IMG/VR virus record: IMGVR_UViG_2778261574_000002 | Strand: one strand, 5' to 3' | Length of the DNA stretch: 64,000 bases | DNA from: a virus | Taxonomy: Duplodnaviria; Heunggongvirae; Uroviricota; Caudoviricetes | Part shown: positions 23,065-32,897 of the stretch, piece after piece | Layout: each line of letters starts with the position of its first letter | Position numbering within the stretch: position 1 is the first letter of the stretch | Made by a program: the position numbers and the translations under genes | Notes under the pieces: model-generated | The model's input: the letters and a program-made list of their open reading frames with translations, nothing else | Database searches by the model: none | What the model was told of the DNA's origin: nothing

Positions 23065-23262
23065 AGTATGGTGAGTCCTTTGTTTTCAAAGGACTCATGT
23101 TATCAGTGATAATCGTTTGTTGTAATAGTGTTGATAAAATAATTTTCTATTATGTAAGCAAGCTCATTTTTATGACGGGTAATGCAAAAAAAATAGAATC
23201 AAAAAACTAAAAAATAATAATTCATGGGGTTTTACACCATCAAAAGTCCCCACTATAAATTA

Positions 23263-23904
23263 TTAGAAATAATTATGCTTGCCTGTTAATACCCCTTTCG
23301 GCACTTTTTTTTGTTCCAGTGTCTGGGTACCCAGAATTATGTTAATAAGTGGACTTAGTAACGATGGTTCCTGGCGGGCTTCAACTTCTCCAGCCATTGC
23401 CCTGATGTAGTCGGCGCTGGCAACGTTGTTGTATTCCGTCGCAAAGCAACATAGTAACGTCAGAACATGCTCTGTCGTTATTTCGCTCCAGTTGATGTTG
23501 AAAAATTCATCGCCTTTTTTATCGTGTTCGGAATCGAAGATGCTTTGGTGGAGGATGTATTTGCCGGATTCCTTGCGCGGTAACTTGATCGCTTTCTGGC
23601 GTTCCAGCTCCTTGTAAATCTGCATTGCTTCAATCAGTACCGGCCTGCCGTTCATGAAGGGATCGCGCAACCTTACACGCTGGCCAACTCGACCAGTAAT
23701 AAAGCTGTTTTCCTCTTCCACCAGCACGATAAAACCTTTTTCCTCTTTCTCACGCAATTCGCGCAGCAACTGGAGTTCCATATCGCGGCGGCGTTCAGGG
23801 TAGCTGGTCCGCTCAGCCATTATCAGCTCGTTGTTGATCCATGCAGCAGTCATTGACGCCGGTTTGCCGACGCTCATCGAAACAACGCATATTTTCTTAT
23901 CCAT
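23263..23904 (-). CDS. hypothetical protein at the mat position
   Basis: 213 aa from ATG 23904 with AGGGG RBS; between ref and the GNAT island; no motif recognised. Confidence 0.5.
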   Translation of the reverse strand: MDKKICVVSMSVGKPASMTAAWINNELIMAERTSYPERRRDMELQLLRELREKEEKGFIVLVEEENSFITGRVGQRVRLRDPFMNGRPVLIEAMQIYKELERQKAIKLPRKESGKYILHQSIFDSEHDKKGDEFFNINWSEITTEHVLTLLCCFATEYNNVASADYIRAMAGEVEARQEPSLLSPLINIILGTQTLEQKKVPKGVLTGKHNYF

Positions 23905-24092
23905 AGCGCCCCTACAAAAAAGAAAAGCCACCAGCGGCGGCTTAGCAATACAACAAAAGGTAGCGCCCGGTACTCAGACTGTGCCGTCCATGGAATATTT
24001 GAAAAGGGATCCATCCGTACCGGGCATGTGATGATTCTGACTGAAGTCACTTGTCAGTTGTCAATTATTTCAGATTAAAAATAATATATTTA

Positions 24093-24653
24093 TTAGTGCA
24101 TAATGTTTGCCATCTCATAGGCGTCAGCCAGCAACTCCATCTCTGACTTGTTCAGCAAGGTGAATTCTTTCTTGCCTCCAACCACACCATCGGCATGAAC
24201 AGGGACCAGCCAGGGATATTTTTCTCTTACTTCAGCCGGTGCTGCATGCTGGTGGTGCCATCTACAAAGGGGCAATTGCTTTTTGTGACAACCCGGCGCG
24301 GTACGACCGGAGATATGGTGCAAAGATACCTCTTCAGATATTACTCCATGCATGTAGCAGGCAATGCAGGGGAGAGCGCCAAGAGCACTGGCGATGCTCC
24401 GTTCCTCCGCTGTCGGTGTTCGCCCCTTCAAGCCACGAGATTTTATCTTTACCGCACTTTTCCGCGTTTTGCTGGCTGGTGGGCGCTCTTTCTGTTTAGC
24501 GATACGGCGGTCGATAGAATCCCGCATTTTCTGATATTGCGATTCTCGCCAGGCGGGGTCAGCCAACTTTTCCCGTTGCCGAGCGATCGCTCGTTCTCTG
24601 GCTGCCTTCTGCCACTCGCGGCGCTGTTCAAGTTTTTGTTCGATTGTTTTCAT
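24093..24653 (-). CDS. ref: Ref, HNH-type RecA-dependent nuclease
   Basis: starts MKTIEQKLEQRREW, 186 aa; Cys/His cluster CIACYMHG..HHISGR..CHKKQLPLCRWHH typical of HNH. Confidence 0.85.
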   Translation of the reverse strand: MKTIEQKLEQRREWQKAARERAIARQREKLADPAWRESQYQKMRDSIDRRIAKQKERPPASKTRKSAVKIKSRGLKGRTPTAEERSIASALGALPCIACYMHGVISEEVSLHHISGRTAPGCHKKQLPLCRWHHQHAAPAEVREKYPWLVPVHADGVVGGKKEFTLLNKSEMELLADAYEMANIMH

Positions 24654-24654
24654 A

Positions 24655-24684
24655 TGGCAAAAAAAAGGCGGCCTAATGGCCGCC
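24655..24684 (-). terminator. intrinsic terminator-like hairpin immediately upstream of ref
   Basis: on minus strand GGCGGCC-ATTA-GGCCGCC followed by T8, ending 5 nt before the ref ATG. Confidence 0.5.
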
Positions 24685-24751
24685 AATGATGTCAAGGAGT
24701 GAAGTAATGGCAACGTCTTCGTAGTTGACAAAAACTGCGGCTCAATTATAG

Positions 24752-24768
24752 CAATCAATTAGAGCAAT
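24752..24768 (-). promoter_or_regulatory. C1 operator-like site upstream of ref
   Basis: CAATCAATTAGAGCAAT shares the TTAGAGCAAT core. Confidence 0.45.
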
Positions 24769-24898
24769 GGTAGATATTTTGTTTATCGCGAATCACATTT
24801 TTTCACTTCAGTACCTGTGTGCTATACTCCTTCTTGATTGATTGGATGCGGAATACAAACCCGCTCTTTTGTGCAGCCTGGCTCCTTGCCAGGCTTTT

Positions 24899-25210
24899 TT
24901 ATTTCATCATGGAAGCTGTTAACGCTTTGGATCTTGCTGAACTGATTGAAAGGGCATTGTTTACCTTACCCAGGAGTTCGCCAAATTCCGCCATCACTCT
25001 AGTAAGCCCGCGCCGCGCTTCCTCCTCCGTTGCATTCATCACAAAATGTTCAGCGCTCCGCATGCTTTTAACGGGGAACGCAACAGATATCGAGTCGATA
25101 TCAGGCATCCTATCGCTCAATTTTACGGTGACAATGACAGATGGTGACTGAATTTGAGAGCTTACAGACAGCACCACATATTTTCCGTCTATTTTGAAAT
25201 CCTTCCGCAT
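24899..25210 (-). CDS. hypothetical protein between cre and ref, possibly cra
   Basis: 103-aa ORF starting about 17 bp downstream of an operator-like site; protein-like composition. Confidence 0.35.
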   Translation of the reverse strand: MRKDFKIDGKYVVLSVSSQIQSPSVIVTVKLSDRMPDIDSISVAFPVKSMRSAEHFVMNATEEEARRGLTRVMAEFGELLGKVNNALSISSARSKALTASMMK

Positions 25211-25226
25211 GCGTCACCATAAATAT

Positions 25227-25243
25227 CAAATAATTAGAGCAAT
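25227..25243 (-). promoter_or_regulatory. C1 operator-like site
   Basis: CAAATAATTAGAGCAAT, 3 mismatches to operator consensus. Confidence 0.4.
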
Positions 25244-25260
25244 CAAGCGCAAATGAACGG

Positions 25261-26292
25261 CTAATCGCCATCTTCCAGCAGGCGTACCATTGCCCCCGTT
25301 TCACTATCCAGGTTACGGATATAGTTCATGACAATATTCACGTTGGTCCAGCCACCAGCTTGCATGATCTCCGGTATTGAAACTCCGGCGCGGGCCATAT
25401 CTCGCGCGGCTCCGACACGGGCACTGTGTCCAGACCAGGCCAGGTATCTCTGACCAGAGTCATCCTTAGCGCCGTAAATCAATCGATGAGTTGCTTCAAA
25501 AATCCCTTCCAGGGCGCGAGTTGATAGCTGGCTGGTGGCAGATGGCGCGGCAACACCATTTTTTCTGACACGGCAAAACAAGTAGTTATTCGGATCATCA
25601 GCCACACCAGAGACAGAAATCCATCGCTCGACCAGTTTAGTTACCCCCAGGCTAAGTGCCTTCTCTACACCTGCGGTGCTAACCAGCGTTTTCGTTCTGC
25701 CAATATGGATTAACATTCTCCCACCGTCAGTACGTGAGATATCTTTAACCCTGATCCTGGCAATTTCGGCTATACGTAACAGGGTGTTATAAGCAATCCC
25801 CAGAAATGCCAGATTACGTATATCCTGGCAGCGATCGCTATTTTCCATGAGTGAACGAACCTGGTCGAAATCAGTGCGTTCGAACGCCAGTGCCTGTTTT
25901 GCACGTTCACCGGCATCAACGTTTTCTTTTCGGATCCGTCGCATGACCAGTGAAACAGCATTACTGTCACTTGGTCGTGGCAGCCCGGACCGACGATGAA
26001 GCATGTTTAGCTGGCCCAAATGTTGCTGGATAGTTTTTACTGCCAGACCGCGCGCCTGAAGATATAGAAGATAATCGCGAACATCTTCAGGTTCTGCGGG
26101 AAACCATTTCCGGTTATTCAACTTGCACCATGCCGCCCACGACCGGCAAACGGACAGAAGCATTTTCCAGGTATGCTCAGAAAACGCCTGGCGATCCCTG
26201 AACATGTCCATCAGATTCTTGCGAACCTCATCACTCGTTGCATCGACCGGTAATGCAGGCAAATTTTGGTGTACGGTCAGTAAATTGGACAT
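25261..26292 (-). CDS. cre: Cre site-specific tyrosine recombinase
   Basis: 343 aa, sequence MSNLLTVHQNLPALPVDATSDEVRKNLMDMFRDRQAF... ending RLLEDGD matches P1 Cre as I recall it; loxP about 420 bp upstream. Confidence 0.98.
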   Translation of the reverse strand: MSNLLTVHQNLPALPVDATSDEVRKNLMDMFRDRQAFSEHTWKMLLSVCRSWAAWCKLNNRKWFPAEPEDVRDYLLYLQARGLAVKTIQQHLGQLNMLHRRSGLPRPSDSNAVSLVMRRIRKENVDAGERAKQALAFERTDFDQVRSLMENSDRCQDIRNLAFLGIAYNTLLRIAEIARIRVKDISRTDGGRMLIHIGRTKTLVSTAGVEKALSLGVTKLVERWISVSGVADDPNNYLFCRVRKNGVAAPSATSQLSTRALEGIFEATHRLIYGAKDDSGQRYLAWSGHSARVGAARDMARAGVSIPEIMQAGGWTNVNIVMNYIRNLDSETGAMVRLLEDGD

Positions 26293-26299
26293 TTAACAC

Positions 26300-26521
26300 T
26301 CAGATAATGGTTTTAAGTAAAGTGTACAGGATCGGCTCTGCCTTTACCTGTTTATGGTTCTCGTCATAGAAACGCCAGCGACCGCGCGTGCGTTCTATTT
26401 TCTCTTCACCGCGAGATAATGACAGTTGGTAACTATCACGCTCAAACCCTTTTGCCCGCCAGTAACCACGGTTTTTCTCAAGCTCAAGATGAGTGGACAC
26501 TTTAGCAGCTGAATATCCCAT
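26300..26521 (-). CDS. candidate small basic protein between loxP and cre
   Basis: 73-codon ORF with ATG and GAGGTG RBS; stop sits 8 nt before the cre ATG; lies in the known cre promoter region, so uncertain. Confidence 0.3.
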   Translation of the reverse strand: MGYSAAKVSTHLELEKNRGYWRAKGFERDSYQLSLSRGEEKIERTRGRWRFYDENHKQVKAEPILYTLLKTII

Positions 26522-26710
26522 TTTTCACCTCTGATTGATTGGTGGTGCTAAGTGCGCTACGCGAAATCTGTAGGACTAACACCGCCAACATTTCGCAGAT
26601 TTTACGTAGCGCAACCTTGATCAAATGATCAAGTGATCACTATTTGACCTGATAAGGTATTGAACTGTATGGATTTACAGGTAAATTGATCATGTTCAAT
26701 AACCCCTAAG

Positions 26711-26744
26711 ATAACTTCGTATAATGTATGCTATACGAAGTTAT
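26711..26744. other. loxP recombination site
   Basis: exact 34 bp ATAACTTCGTATA-ATGTATGC-TATACGAAGTTAT (reverse complement of the usual written form). Confidence 0.97.
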
Positions 26745-26787
26745 TAGGTCCGAAGAGGAGTTTACGTCCAGCTGCGCATAAAAATCA

Positions 26788-26804
26788 AGAATTATTAGAG
26801 CAAT
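26788..26804 (-). promoter_or_regulatory. C1 operator (Op99 cluster)
   Basis: AGAATTATTAGAGCAAT, 2 mismatches; between loxP and coi. Confidence 0.55.
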
Positions 26805-26870
26805 AAATTTTGAGAGAAAAATCCCACTCCACCAGCCAAAAACTGGATTGTTTTTCATAGTTGTTTGACA

Positions 26871-26887
26871 ATTGCTCTAATAAATTA
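26871..26887 (+). promoter_or_regulatory. C1 operator (Op99 cluster)
   Basis: ATTGCTCTAATAAATTA, 1 mismatch to consensus. Confidence 0.65.
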
Positions 26888-27125
26888 TAGTTTTGCCGCC
26901 GTTTCGTAATACGACTTTGGATTCACTATTTAATGTGTCTTCAGCGTTGTAGAGCGGCTCAGAAGGAAATGAGCAAACAGGGAAACCTTATACAACGGCA
27001 TTACAGCTATGCATTGCTCATCTTACACACAGCGCAATGTTGTTAGATTACCCCAGCATGGATCATGGGTGAAACAGTAGGTCAGAGCTTCAGGCTCTGT
27101 GTTGTCAATACAGTGAGGCATAATT

Positions 27126-27335
27126 ATGGCTTTCATTCCACCAACCATCGACGACGTTAGACATTGCTCTAACGCTTTATCTGTAGACCCCGCCGAAACC
27201 GACGCTGCCCGCGCCATTGCTGAACACTACTCAAAGATATCCAATCAGGAGTACCGCATCACCCAAGACGACCTGGATGATCTCACTGACACAATCGAAT
27301 ATCTCATGGCCACTAACCAGCCAGACTCACAATAA
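27126..27335 (+). CDS. coi: Coi, C1 inactivator
   Basis: 69-aa ORF immediately upstream of c1 on the same strand. Confidence 0.8.
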   Translation: MAFIPPTIDDVRHCSNALSVDPAETDAARAIAEHYSKISNQEYRITQDDLDDLTDTIEYLMATNQPDSQ

Positions 27336-27380
27336 ATGCACTAATAAATCTATTATTTTCGTTGGATCCTTCTATAATGG

Positions 27381-27423
27381 TGGCCAACAACTCCCAGTGT
27401 AATCCGCTGTGAGTTGTTGGCCA
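27381..27423 (+). promoter_or_regulatory. perfect 13-bp inverted repeat between coi and c1
   Basis: TGGCCAACAACTC-17 nt-GAGTTGTTGGCCA, about 20 bp upstream of the c1 RBS GGAGGAGG. Confidence 0.4.
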
Positions 27424-27445
27424 TGTCAATTCTGGAGGAGGATCA

Positions 27446-28297
27446 ATGATAAATTATGTCTACGGCGAACAACTGTACCAGGAGTTCGTCAGCTTCAGGG
27501 ATCTCTTTCTAAAAAAAGCTGTTGCACGCGCCCAACACGTTGATGCCGCCAGCGACGGTCGTCCTGTTCGCCCGGTTGTCGTTCTGCCGTTCAAAGAAAC
27601 GGACAGCATTCAGGCTGAAATTGATAAATGGACTTTAATGGCGCGGGAACTGGAACAGTACCCAGACCTCAATATCCCAAAGACTATTTTATATCCAGTG
27701 CCTAACATCCTTCGCGGTGTGCGTAAGGTTACAACTTATCAGACAGAAGCTGTGAACAGCGTCAACATGACCGCTGGCCGCATTATTCATCTGATTGATA
27801 AGGACATTCGCATCCAGAAAAGCTCGGGGATCAATGAGCACAGTGCGAAATACATAGAGAACCTGGAAGCAACAAAAGAGCTAATGAAGCAGTACCCGGA
27901 GGATGAAAAATTCCGTATGCGTGTACACGGCTTTAGCGAAACAATGCTGCGCGTCCATTACATTTCCAGTAGCCCTAACTACAATGATGGTAAATCAGTT
28001 AGTTACCATGTGCCGCTGTGTGGTGTGTTTATCTGCGATGAAACTCTCCGTGATGGAATCATCATCAACGGTGAATTCGAGAAAGCAAAATTTAGCCTTT
28101 ATGACTCTATAGAACCGATCATCTGCGACCGCTGGCCGCAGGCAAAAATATATCGCCTGGCAGATATTGAAAATGTAAAAAAACAAATTGCCATCACTCG
28201 CGAAGAGAAAAAGGTCAAATCAGCCGCATCAGTTACGCGCAGCCGTAAAACTAAGAAGGGGCAGCCAGTAAACGACAACCCCGAAAGCGCGCAATAG
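27446..28297 (+). CDS. c1: C1 immunity repressor
   Basis: 283 aa starting MINYVYGEQLYQEFVSFRDLFLKK, as P1 C1; strong RBS. Confidence 0.95.
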   Translation: MINYVYGEQLYQEFVSFRDLFLKKAVARAQHVDAASDGRPVRPVVVLPFKETDSIQAEIDKWTLMARELEQYPDLNIPKTILYPVPNILRGVRKVTTYQTEAVNSVNMTAGRIIHLIDKDIRIQKSSGINEHSAKYIENLEATKELMKQYPEDEKFRMRVHGFSETMLRVHYISSSPNYNDGKSVSYHVPLCGVFICDETLRDGIIINGEFEKAKFSLYDSIEPIICDRWPQAKIYRLADIENVKKQIAITREEKKVKSAASVTRSRKTKKGQPVNDNPESAQ

Positions 28298-28321
28298 TTT
28301 CTATCCGGCATGGTCAATGAG

Positions 28322-29806
28322 TTATTCATTAAGCCATGCCAGAGCTTCATCAACCTGCGCTTCGTCTTCGACGCTAAGCACTTCATCCTGGGGAACATAA
28401 TCCGCCAGCATAGCGAAACAATATGTATCCCAATGGTCTGGTGAGTGCAGGTTGAGTTTTTTCTTCATATCCTCCTTACTCATCACCTTCCATTGACCTG
28501 CGGAGTTAATCCCTACAGGGATTTTCGACGCTTCCTCAATAGTTTCATTACCCTTATCCAGTCTCATACGACCAGATTTTACGGCCTCTGCGGCTTGAAC
28601 GTTGGCATAAGCACGTTTATCAAAGTACAGGCTCTTATCTTCACGGCTATGCATCTTTTTACCCCAGCGTATACGCTGTACGGTAATACCATAATACTCG
28701 TACATCAGATCCGCCGTTGCTTTACCCAAGCCATCGCCGTCTATCGCTATGGTGATATTTGGGAATCGCTCAGGATTGCATTCTGCGAAAATTTTGGCGG
28801 CAAGCTGCGTTTCTGTAACGTCTGTGTATTCCAGCATTCGATAGTTGATTACACGGCGTTTATTTCGCTGGCCGGACACCATCATGATATTGATAACGGA
28901 CTTATCCCGTCCCGTACCACCAGCAACGTCCACACATGCAAGCCAGCCCCATCCTTTGGCAATCTTGACTTTCCGCCGCGTTGCACGTTCAACCTCATCA
29001 CGTCCAAGAAGGAAGCCATCCTGTGATTTAGGGAATAGGCCGCGTACCTTAATCATGTACATAGGGTTATCACGCCCGCCGTACTCCGCCAGCTTCATTT
29101 TGATAAATGCTGGCGTTACCAGCGGTGATTCCTCACTGTTAAGCGTGATCGCCGTATAAACGCCATCAGGGTTACCAGGACGCTTGGCCAGTTTATGGTG
29201 TGTATCGTAGAAATAGCCGCTTGGGCGTGTAGGCTGTGACAGTAATAAGATGCGGTTATCCTGTCCGGTAAGAGCACCGGTGATGATACCGAAAGCTCTA
29301 TCACTGACACCGGAGGCTTCATCGATAATATACAGAAGATGATCTGCGTGTTCACCGGCGAGAGCTTCTTCACTTCCCAGACGAAAGCCCTTCGGTACTA
29401 CAGTCCATACACCTTTACCAGTAACCTCATAGAAAGCGGTTTCTGTCAGAACAAAATAATCAGCAAGCCATGGGAAACGGCTGGTGGCAGTAGCCCAGTT
29501 TATCTTGATGTACTTGAATATACCGGTCATTACCTGCTGAATTTTGTTCGCAACGATAATGGCGCGGGCACCGGGATACATGATTATGAACAACATGATC
29601 ATGATAGAAGTCATGTCTGATTTCCCGGTACCGTGACCAGACGAAACAGATGTCTTGCTACCCTGTTCCTGCACAGACTCAATAATCAGATCCTGCTGCC
29701 AGGTAGGTGTTTTGCCGAACAAAACATCAGCGGCAGCAATCCAGTCATAACGATATAGCGCCACCAGCTCGCGCCAACGTGGATCCGTTACGCAACTTCT
29801 GGCCAT
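28322..29806 (-). CDS. pacB: PacB terminase large subunit
   Basis: 494 aa; Walker A GHGTGKS; downstream of pacA with 1-nt overlap. Confidence 0.9.
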   Translation of the reverse strand: MARSCVTDPRWRELVALYRYDWIAAADVLFGKTPTWQQDLIIESVQEQGSKTSVSSGHGTGKSDMTSIMIMLFIIMYPGARAIIVANKIQQVMTGIFKYIKINWATATSRFPWLADYFVLTETAFYEVTGKGVWTVVPKGFRLGSEEALAGEHADHLLYIIDEASGVSDRAFGIITGALTGQDNRILLLSQPTRPSGYFYDTHHKLAKRPGNPDGVYTAITLNSEESPLVTPAFIKMKLAEYGGRDNPMYMIKVRGLFPKSQDGFLLGRDEVERATRRKVKIAKGWGWLACVDVAGGTGRDKSVINIMMVSGQRNKRRVINYRMLEYTDVTETQLAAKIFAECNPERFPNITIAIDGDGLGKATADLMYEYYGITVQRIRWGKKMHSREDKSLYFDKRAYANVQAAEAVKSGRMRLDKGNETIEEASKIPVGINSAGQWKVMSKEDMKKKLNLHSPDHWDTYCFAMLADYVPQDEVLSVEDEAQVDEALAWLNE

Positions 29807-30999
29807 TAATCATCATCCCCGTATAGCTTGCGGGTAACTTCTTCGTCTTCCTCCTCGTCTTCGTCCAGGTCTTGTTCCAGCCATGGGTCGTTTGATACAC
29901 CTTCAGTATCAACATCTCCATAACCGCCTGTATCAACGATATCGGCGATTTCTTCCCTACGCTGCTCAATCCACAATGCGGCATCGGCGCGGCGGTTGGC
30001 GGCCCGTTCTCGCGCAACTTTGTCCAGATCTTCAAGAGAAGGGCCACCGACGGCTGTTTGCCTTTCCTCATCATCGGTATTGGTCTTCGGAGCACGCAGA
30101 TCGGCTTTGATTTGCTCCAGCATCAGGGGCGGCACTTTCCCGCCATGCGCCTCGATGAATTCAGCTGCTTCCAGCACTGACCAGTTATTTTCACGCTTTC
30201 GTTCGTATGCCAGCTTAACAATGCCAGCTTGCCCCATAGACAAAGCGTGCTTTTCCGCCTCCCGGCTTTCTTTTCGATAGTTATTCCGGATGCTGTAAAT
30301 GGTGTTGATCAGGCTGCTTATCTGCGCGGAACAGCTGTTTAGCATGCTCGCGATACGGTATTCAGGCGGAGTACCTTCATCATCGTCCTTTTGCTGATCG
30401 CGCATTTCCTGCACCAGGCGAATACACGTATCCCTGGCGTTCTCCAGCATAAGGAGATGAGAAAGAGACTTTTCAAGAAGAGTGGTTTCCAGAACATCGG
30501 CCCCGGACCGACGCAACATAGCGCGCGCGGCCTTCCGCGCTTCAACGTTATCTATCAGGTAATCGCCAGCTTCGAATTCAAAGCGTTCACCATCATCATC
30601 CAGGGTGTCGCGTTCCAGGCGATCACGTAAGGTCCGGTGGGCGCGGGTGATCACGTCATGATCATCTGAACGATCATTTATGCGCTTATTTTGGCGCTTC
30701 GCATTCTCGACTGCGGCACTGACAACGGCATTAACTCTCTGTTTTTCCGCTATTTCAGCCGCAATATGATCACCTGCATGTTGATCATTAGAGTGATCAA
30801 TGATCATGCTTTTTAGTGGCTTCCTGACTGGCTTATTTGGCTTGCGGCTGTCCGCAGTCCTGGTGTCTTCTTTGAAGGCACGGAGATAACGACGTGCGGT
30901 ATTAGGGTTAAGATTAAACTCGGCGGCATACTGTGCGATGGTGTAACCACCATCTCGCGCCAGGCGAGCAAAATTCTTTTTGTGATCGTCCCAGGTCAC
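29806..30999 (-). CDS. pacA: PacA terminase small subunit (contains pac site)
   Basis: 397 aa; N-terminal HTH-like region; the pac hexamer clusters lie inside this ORF. Confidence 0.9.
   Translation of the reverse strand: MTWDDHKKNFARLARDGGYTIAQYAAEFNLNPNTARRYLRAFKEDTRTADSRKPNKPVRKPLKSMIIDHSNDQHAGDHIAAEIAEKQRVNAVVSAAVENAKRQNKRINDRSDDHDVITRAHRTLRDRLERDTLDDDGERFEFEAGDYLIDNVEARKAARAMLRRSGADVLETTLLEKSLSHLLMLENARDTCIRLVQEMRDQQKDDDEGTPPEYRIASMLNSCSAQISSLINTIYSIRNNYRKESREAEKHALSMGQAGIVKLAYERKRENNWSVLEAAEFIEAHGGKVPPLMLEQIKADLRAPKTNTDDEERQTAVGGPSLEDLDKVARERAANRRADAALWIEQRREEIADIVDTGGYGDVDTEGVSNDPWLEQDLDEDEEEDEEVTRKLYGDDD
30620..30806. other. pac packaging site
   Basis: two clusters of TGATCA/G hexamers (30621-30676 and 30767-30806) separated by about 90 bp, the P1 pac architecture with Dam GATC sites. 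Confidence 0.75.
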
Positions 31000-31084
31000 T
31001 TATGCTTCCTTTCGTAAAAACTCTTTTTGACGCGAGGGTAACGAAAGTCACATGTCAAAAGGCCCGGAACGGGCAAGCAATCAA

Positions 31085-31537
31085 TCAGATACGTGCGGAT
31101 GTGGCATTACCGTAATGACGGTGCTGACGGGCCACCTTATTGAAAAGTTGACGCGCCATTACCCAAGGCTGGTGCTCCCGGCGTTCCTTTTCGTCCTGCG
31201 TCATATAGAGTTCGTTCTGGAGTTTTTCATCAAACCGGCGCGGAGCGCGGCTACGGCGAAAGAATTCAGGATTCAGAGAGTGGATCTGAAATCTACGTGG
31301 GCGTGTACTGTCATCAATCAAAACAGACGAATACTTAGACACAGCGATAGCCTTTAAGCGCAGATAAACATCGCGCTTATCGACATCCAGATGCGGGTAT
31401 TCCTTTTCAAGAATTGCTGCGAGTTCTTTCGCTGATAGAAGAGATTTAGTGCGGATCATGTAATCCGCAATCTCGTACGATGTTATTCGTGAGTGTTTTA
31501 TTTCCATGAAGTGGCGTCCCTGCCAGTTAAGTAACAT
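31085..31537 (-). CDS. lpa: Lpa late promoter activator
   Basis: 150-aa ORF directly upstream of pacA, as gene 10/lpa in P1; operator-like site in its leader. Confidence 0.65.
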   Translation of the reverse strand: MLLNWQGRHFMEIKHSRITSYEIADYMIRTKSLLSAKELAAILEKEYPHLDVDKRDVYLRLKAIAVSKYSSVLIDDSTRPRRFQIHSLNPEFFRRSRAPRRFDEKLQNELYMTQDEKERREHQPWVMARQLFNKVARQHRHYGNATSARI

Positions 31538-31607
31538 CCTGTCACCTACTGATTAGCCCATGTCAACTAATCAACGTGGAATATAATACCCTCGATTAAA
31601 GAAATAG

Positions 31608-31624
31608 CAATACATTAGAGCAAT
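31608..31624 (-). promoter_or_regulatory. C1 operator-like site upstream of lpa
   Basis: CAATACATTAGAGCAAT, 3 mismatches. Confidence 0.4.
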
Positions 31625-31625
31625 T

Positions 31626-32669
31626 TTATCTAACGCTCGACGAGTGACTTGTGATAGCGCCGACTCCAAGCGCGTAATCAAAGAACAATCGTTGATGCAT
31701 CGCCAGCCTACCGTGCGTCTTCTCCCAATTATCGCGGTCACGCTCAATATCACGCTGGCATGACTGGCACAGAGGAATTGCGTAAATGTCATGCGCGCAT
31801 AATCGACTATGACGAACGATATAAGGCGTAATGTGAGCGCCAGCTCCCGCCGCTCCACACCCACAGCATGGACGGGAAGCAACAAAGTCCATGTACTCAG
31901 GTAATTTTAGCGATTGCAGTTTTGGTATTTTGAAATGCGCCATGCCAGGGTCGGAGTCAACATCCACAGAGCATACTTTTGCACGCATCGGCGCGGCGCG
32001 TTCTTCCATCATCTGAACATATGCTGTAGCGCGATCGTCATACGGGCGAATATCTGCCTCTTTCAGAGGTCCGCTATCCTGCGTTGCGGCTTTCATCTTA
32101 TTTATTGATATACGGCAAACTTCTTCCGGCATCAGGTGCATCATGTTGCGCATGAAAGCCCACCAGCACAGTTCCTGAATACTTAAATCATGGCCATCTG
32201 AAAGCCCCATTTCCTGACGGGCGACATCCAGTATCCAGTTAACGCGATTATTATGCAGCGTTTCTTTCAGCTCATTAAAACCACGCATCCGGTAATGGTT
32301 ATCGTGATGCCAGCACAACAACACCGCGCTATTGTCTCGTTCAGCGTGGACAATATGGTTGTCACACCAACTACGATCTGCGGCCTGGCATTGACCCTCT
32401 TTCCTACGCAACCACGCCACCAGCGCGTCAATTCCACCAATACGGCGAAACAGTTCATCGCTGTTAAAAAACGGCTGCAACGCCTCATTTGTTGCCATAG
32501 TTTGCTCGGAAACAACGAGGCCGTCGTCCATGTGCTCGATTAACTCACGCGGCACCGGCTCCATAATAAATTTACGGCCAGCCTCCACCAGCTTTCTGAC
32601 TTCCTGATCCACTTTGAATGTGGCGACGCCAAGCTCTTTTTGTACAAAGGGAGTAATTACGGCTTTCAC
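31626..32669 (-). CDS. hypothetical protein (pdcB position, downstream of doc)
   Basis: 347-aa ORF; Cys-rich segment [19 protein letters not shown]; no confident family call. Confidence 0.5.
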   Translation of the reverse strand: MKAVITPFVQKELGVATFKVDQEVRKLVEAGRKFIMEPVPRELIEHMDDGLVVSEQTMATNEALQPFFNSDELFRRIGGIDALVAWLRRKEGQCQAADRSWCDNHIVHAERDNSAVLLCWHHDNHYRMRGFNELKETLHNNRVNWILDVARQEMGLSDGHDLSIQELCWWAFMRNMMHLMPEEVCRISINKMKAATQDSGPLKEADIRPYDDRATAYVQMMEERAAPMRAKVCSVDVDSDPGMAHFKIPKLQSLKLPEYMDFVASRPCCGCGAAGAGAHITPYIVRHSRLCAHDIYAIPLCQSCQRDIERDRDNWEKTHGRLAMHQRLFFDYALGVGAITSHSSSVR

Positions 32670-32696
32670 ATCACACCTTTCATCACTGATTGGGCT

Positions 32697-32897
32697 TTAT
32701 CTGCTGCCCGGCATTCTCTGTTTAAGCACAACCATTTCCTGACGGCATAACACAGCAATAGCGGTCCTGGCACCAATTTGCTTACCAACCAGGTATTGCT
32801 TTACCTCGCGGCGACTCACGCCATCAAGAAGCATCTTTAACGCTCTACGGGACAATTTGTTGTATTTACGTGCCATTGATCTACTCCGCAGAACCAT
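32697..32897 (-). CDS. small basic protein (pdcA position)
   Basis: 66-aa ORF overlapping doc stop region. Confidence 0.35.
   Translation of the reverse strand: MVLRSRSMARKYNKLSRRALKMLLDGVSRREVKQYLVGKQIGARTAIAVLCRQEMVVLKQRMPGSR

Noticed and set aside
24195-24689. 164-aa plus-strand ORF
   Set aside because: Lies antisense within ref and runs through the terminator hairpin; composition not protein-like; ref on the other strand is well supported
27163-27179. ATTGCTCTAACGCTTTA operator-like sequence inside coi
   Set aside because: Only the first 10 bp match the C1 operator consensus; too degenerate to call as a site
27023-27217. 64-aa minus-strand ORF in the loxP-coi interval
   Set aside because: Antisense to the coi start and sitting over the operator cluster; no RBS
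28445-29026. 193-aa plus-strand ORF
   Set aside because: Antisense inside pacB, which has a Walker A motif and full-length terminase homology
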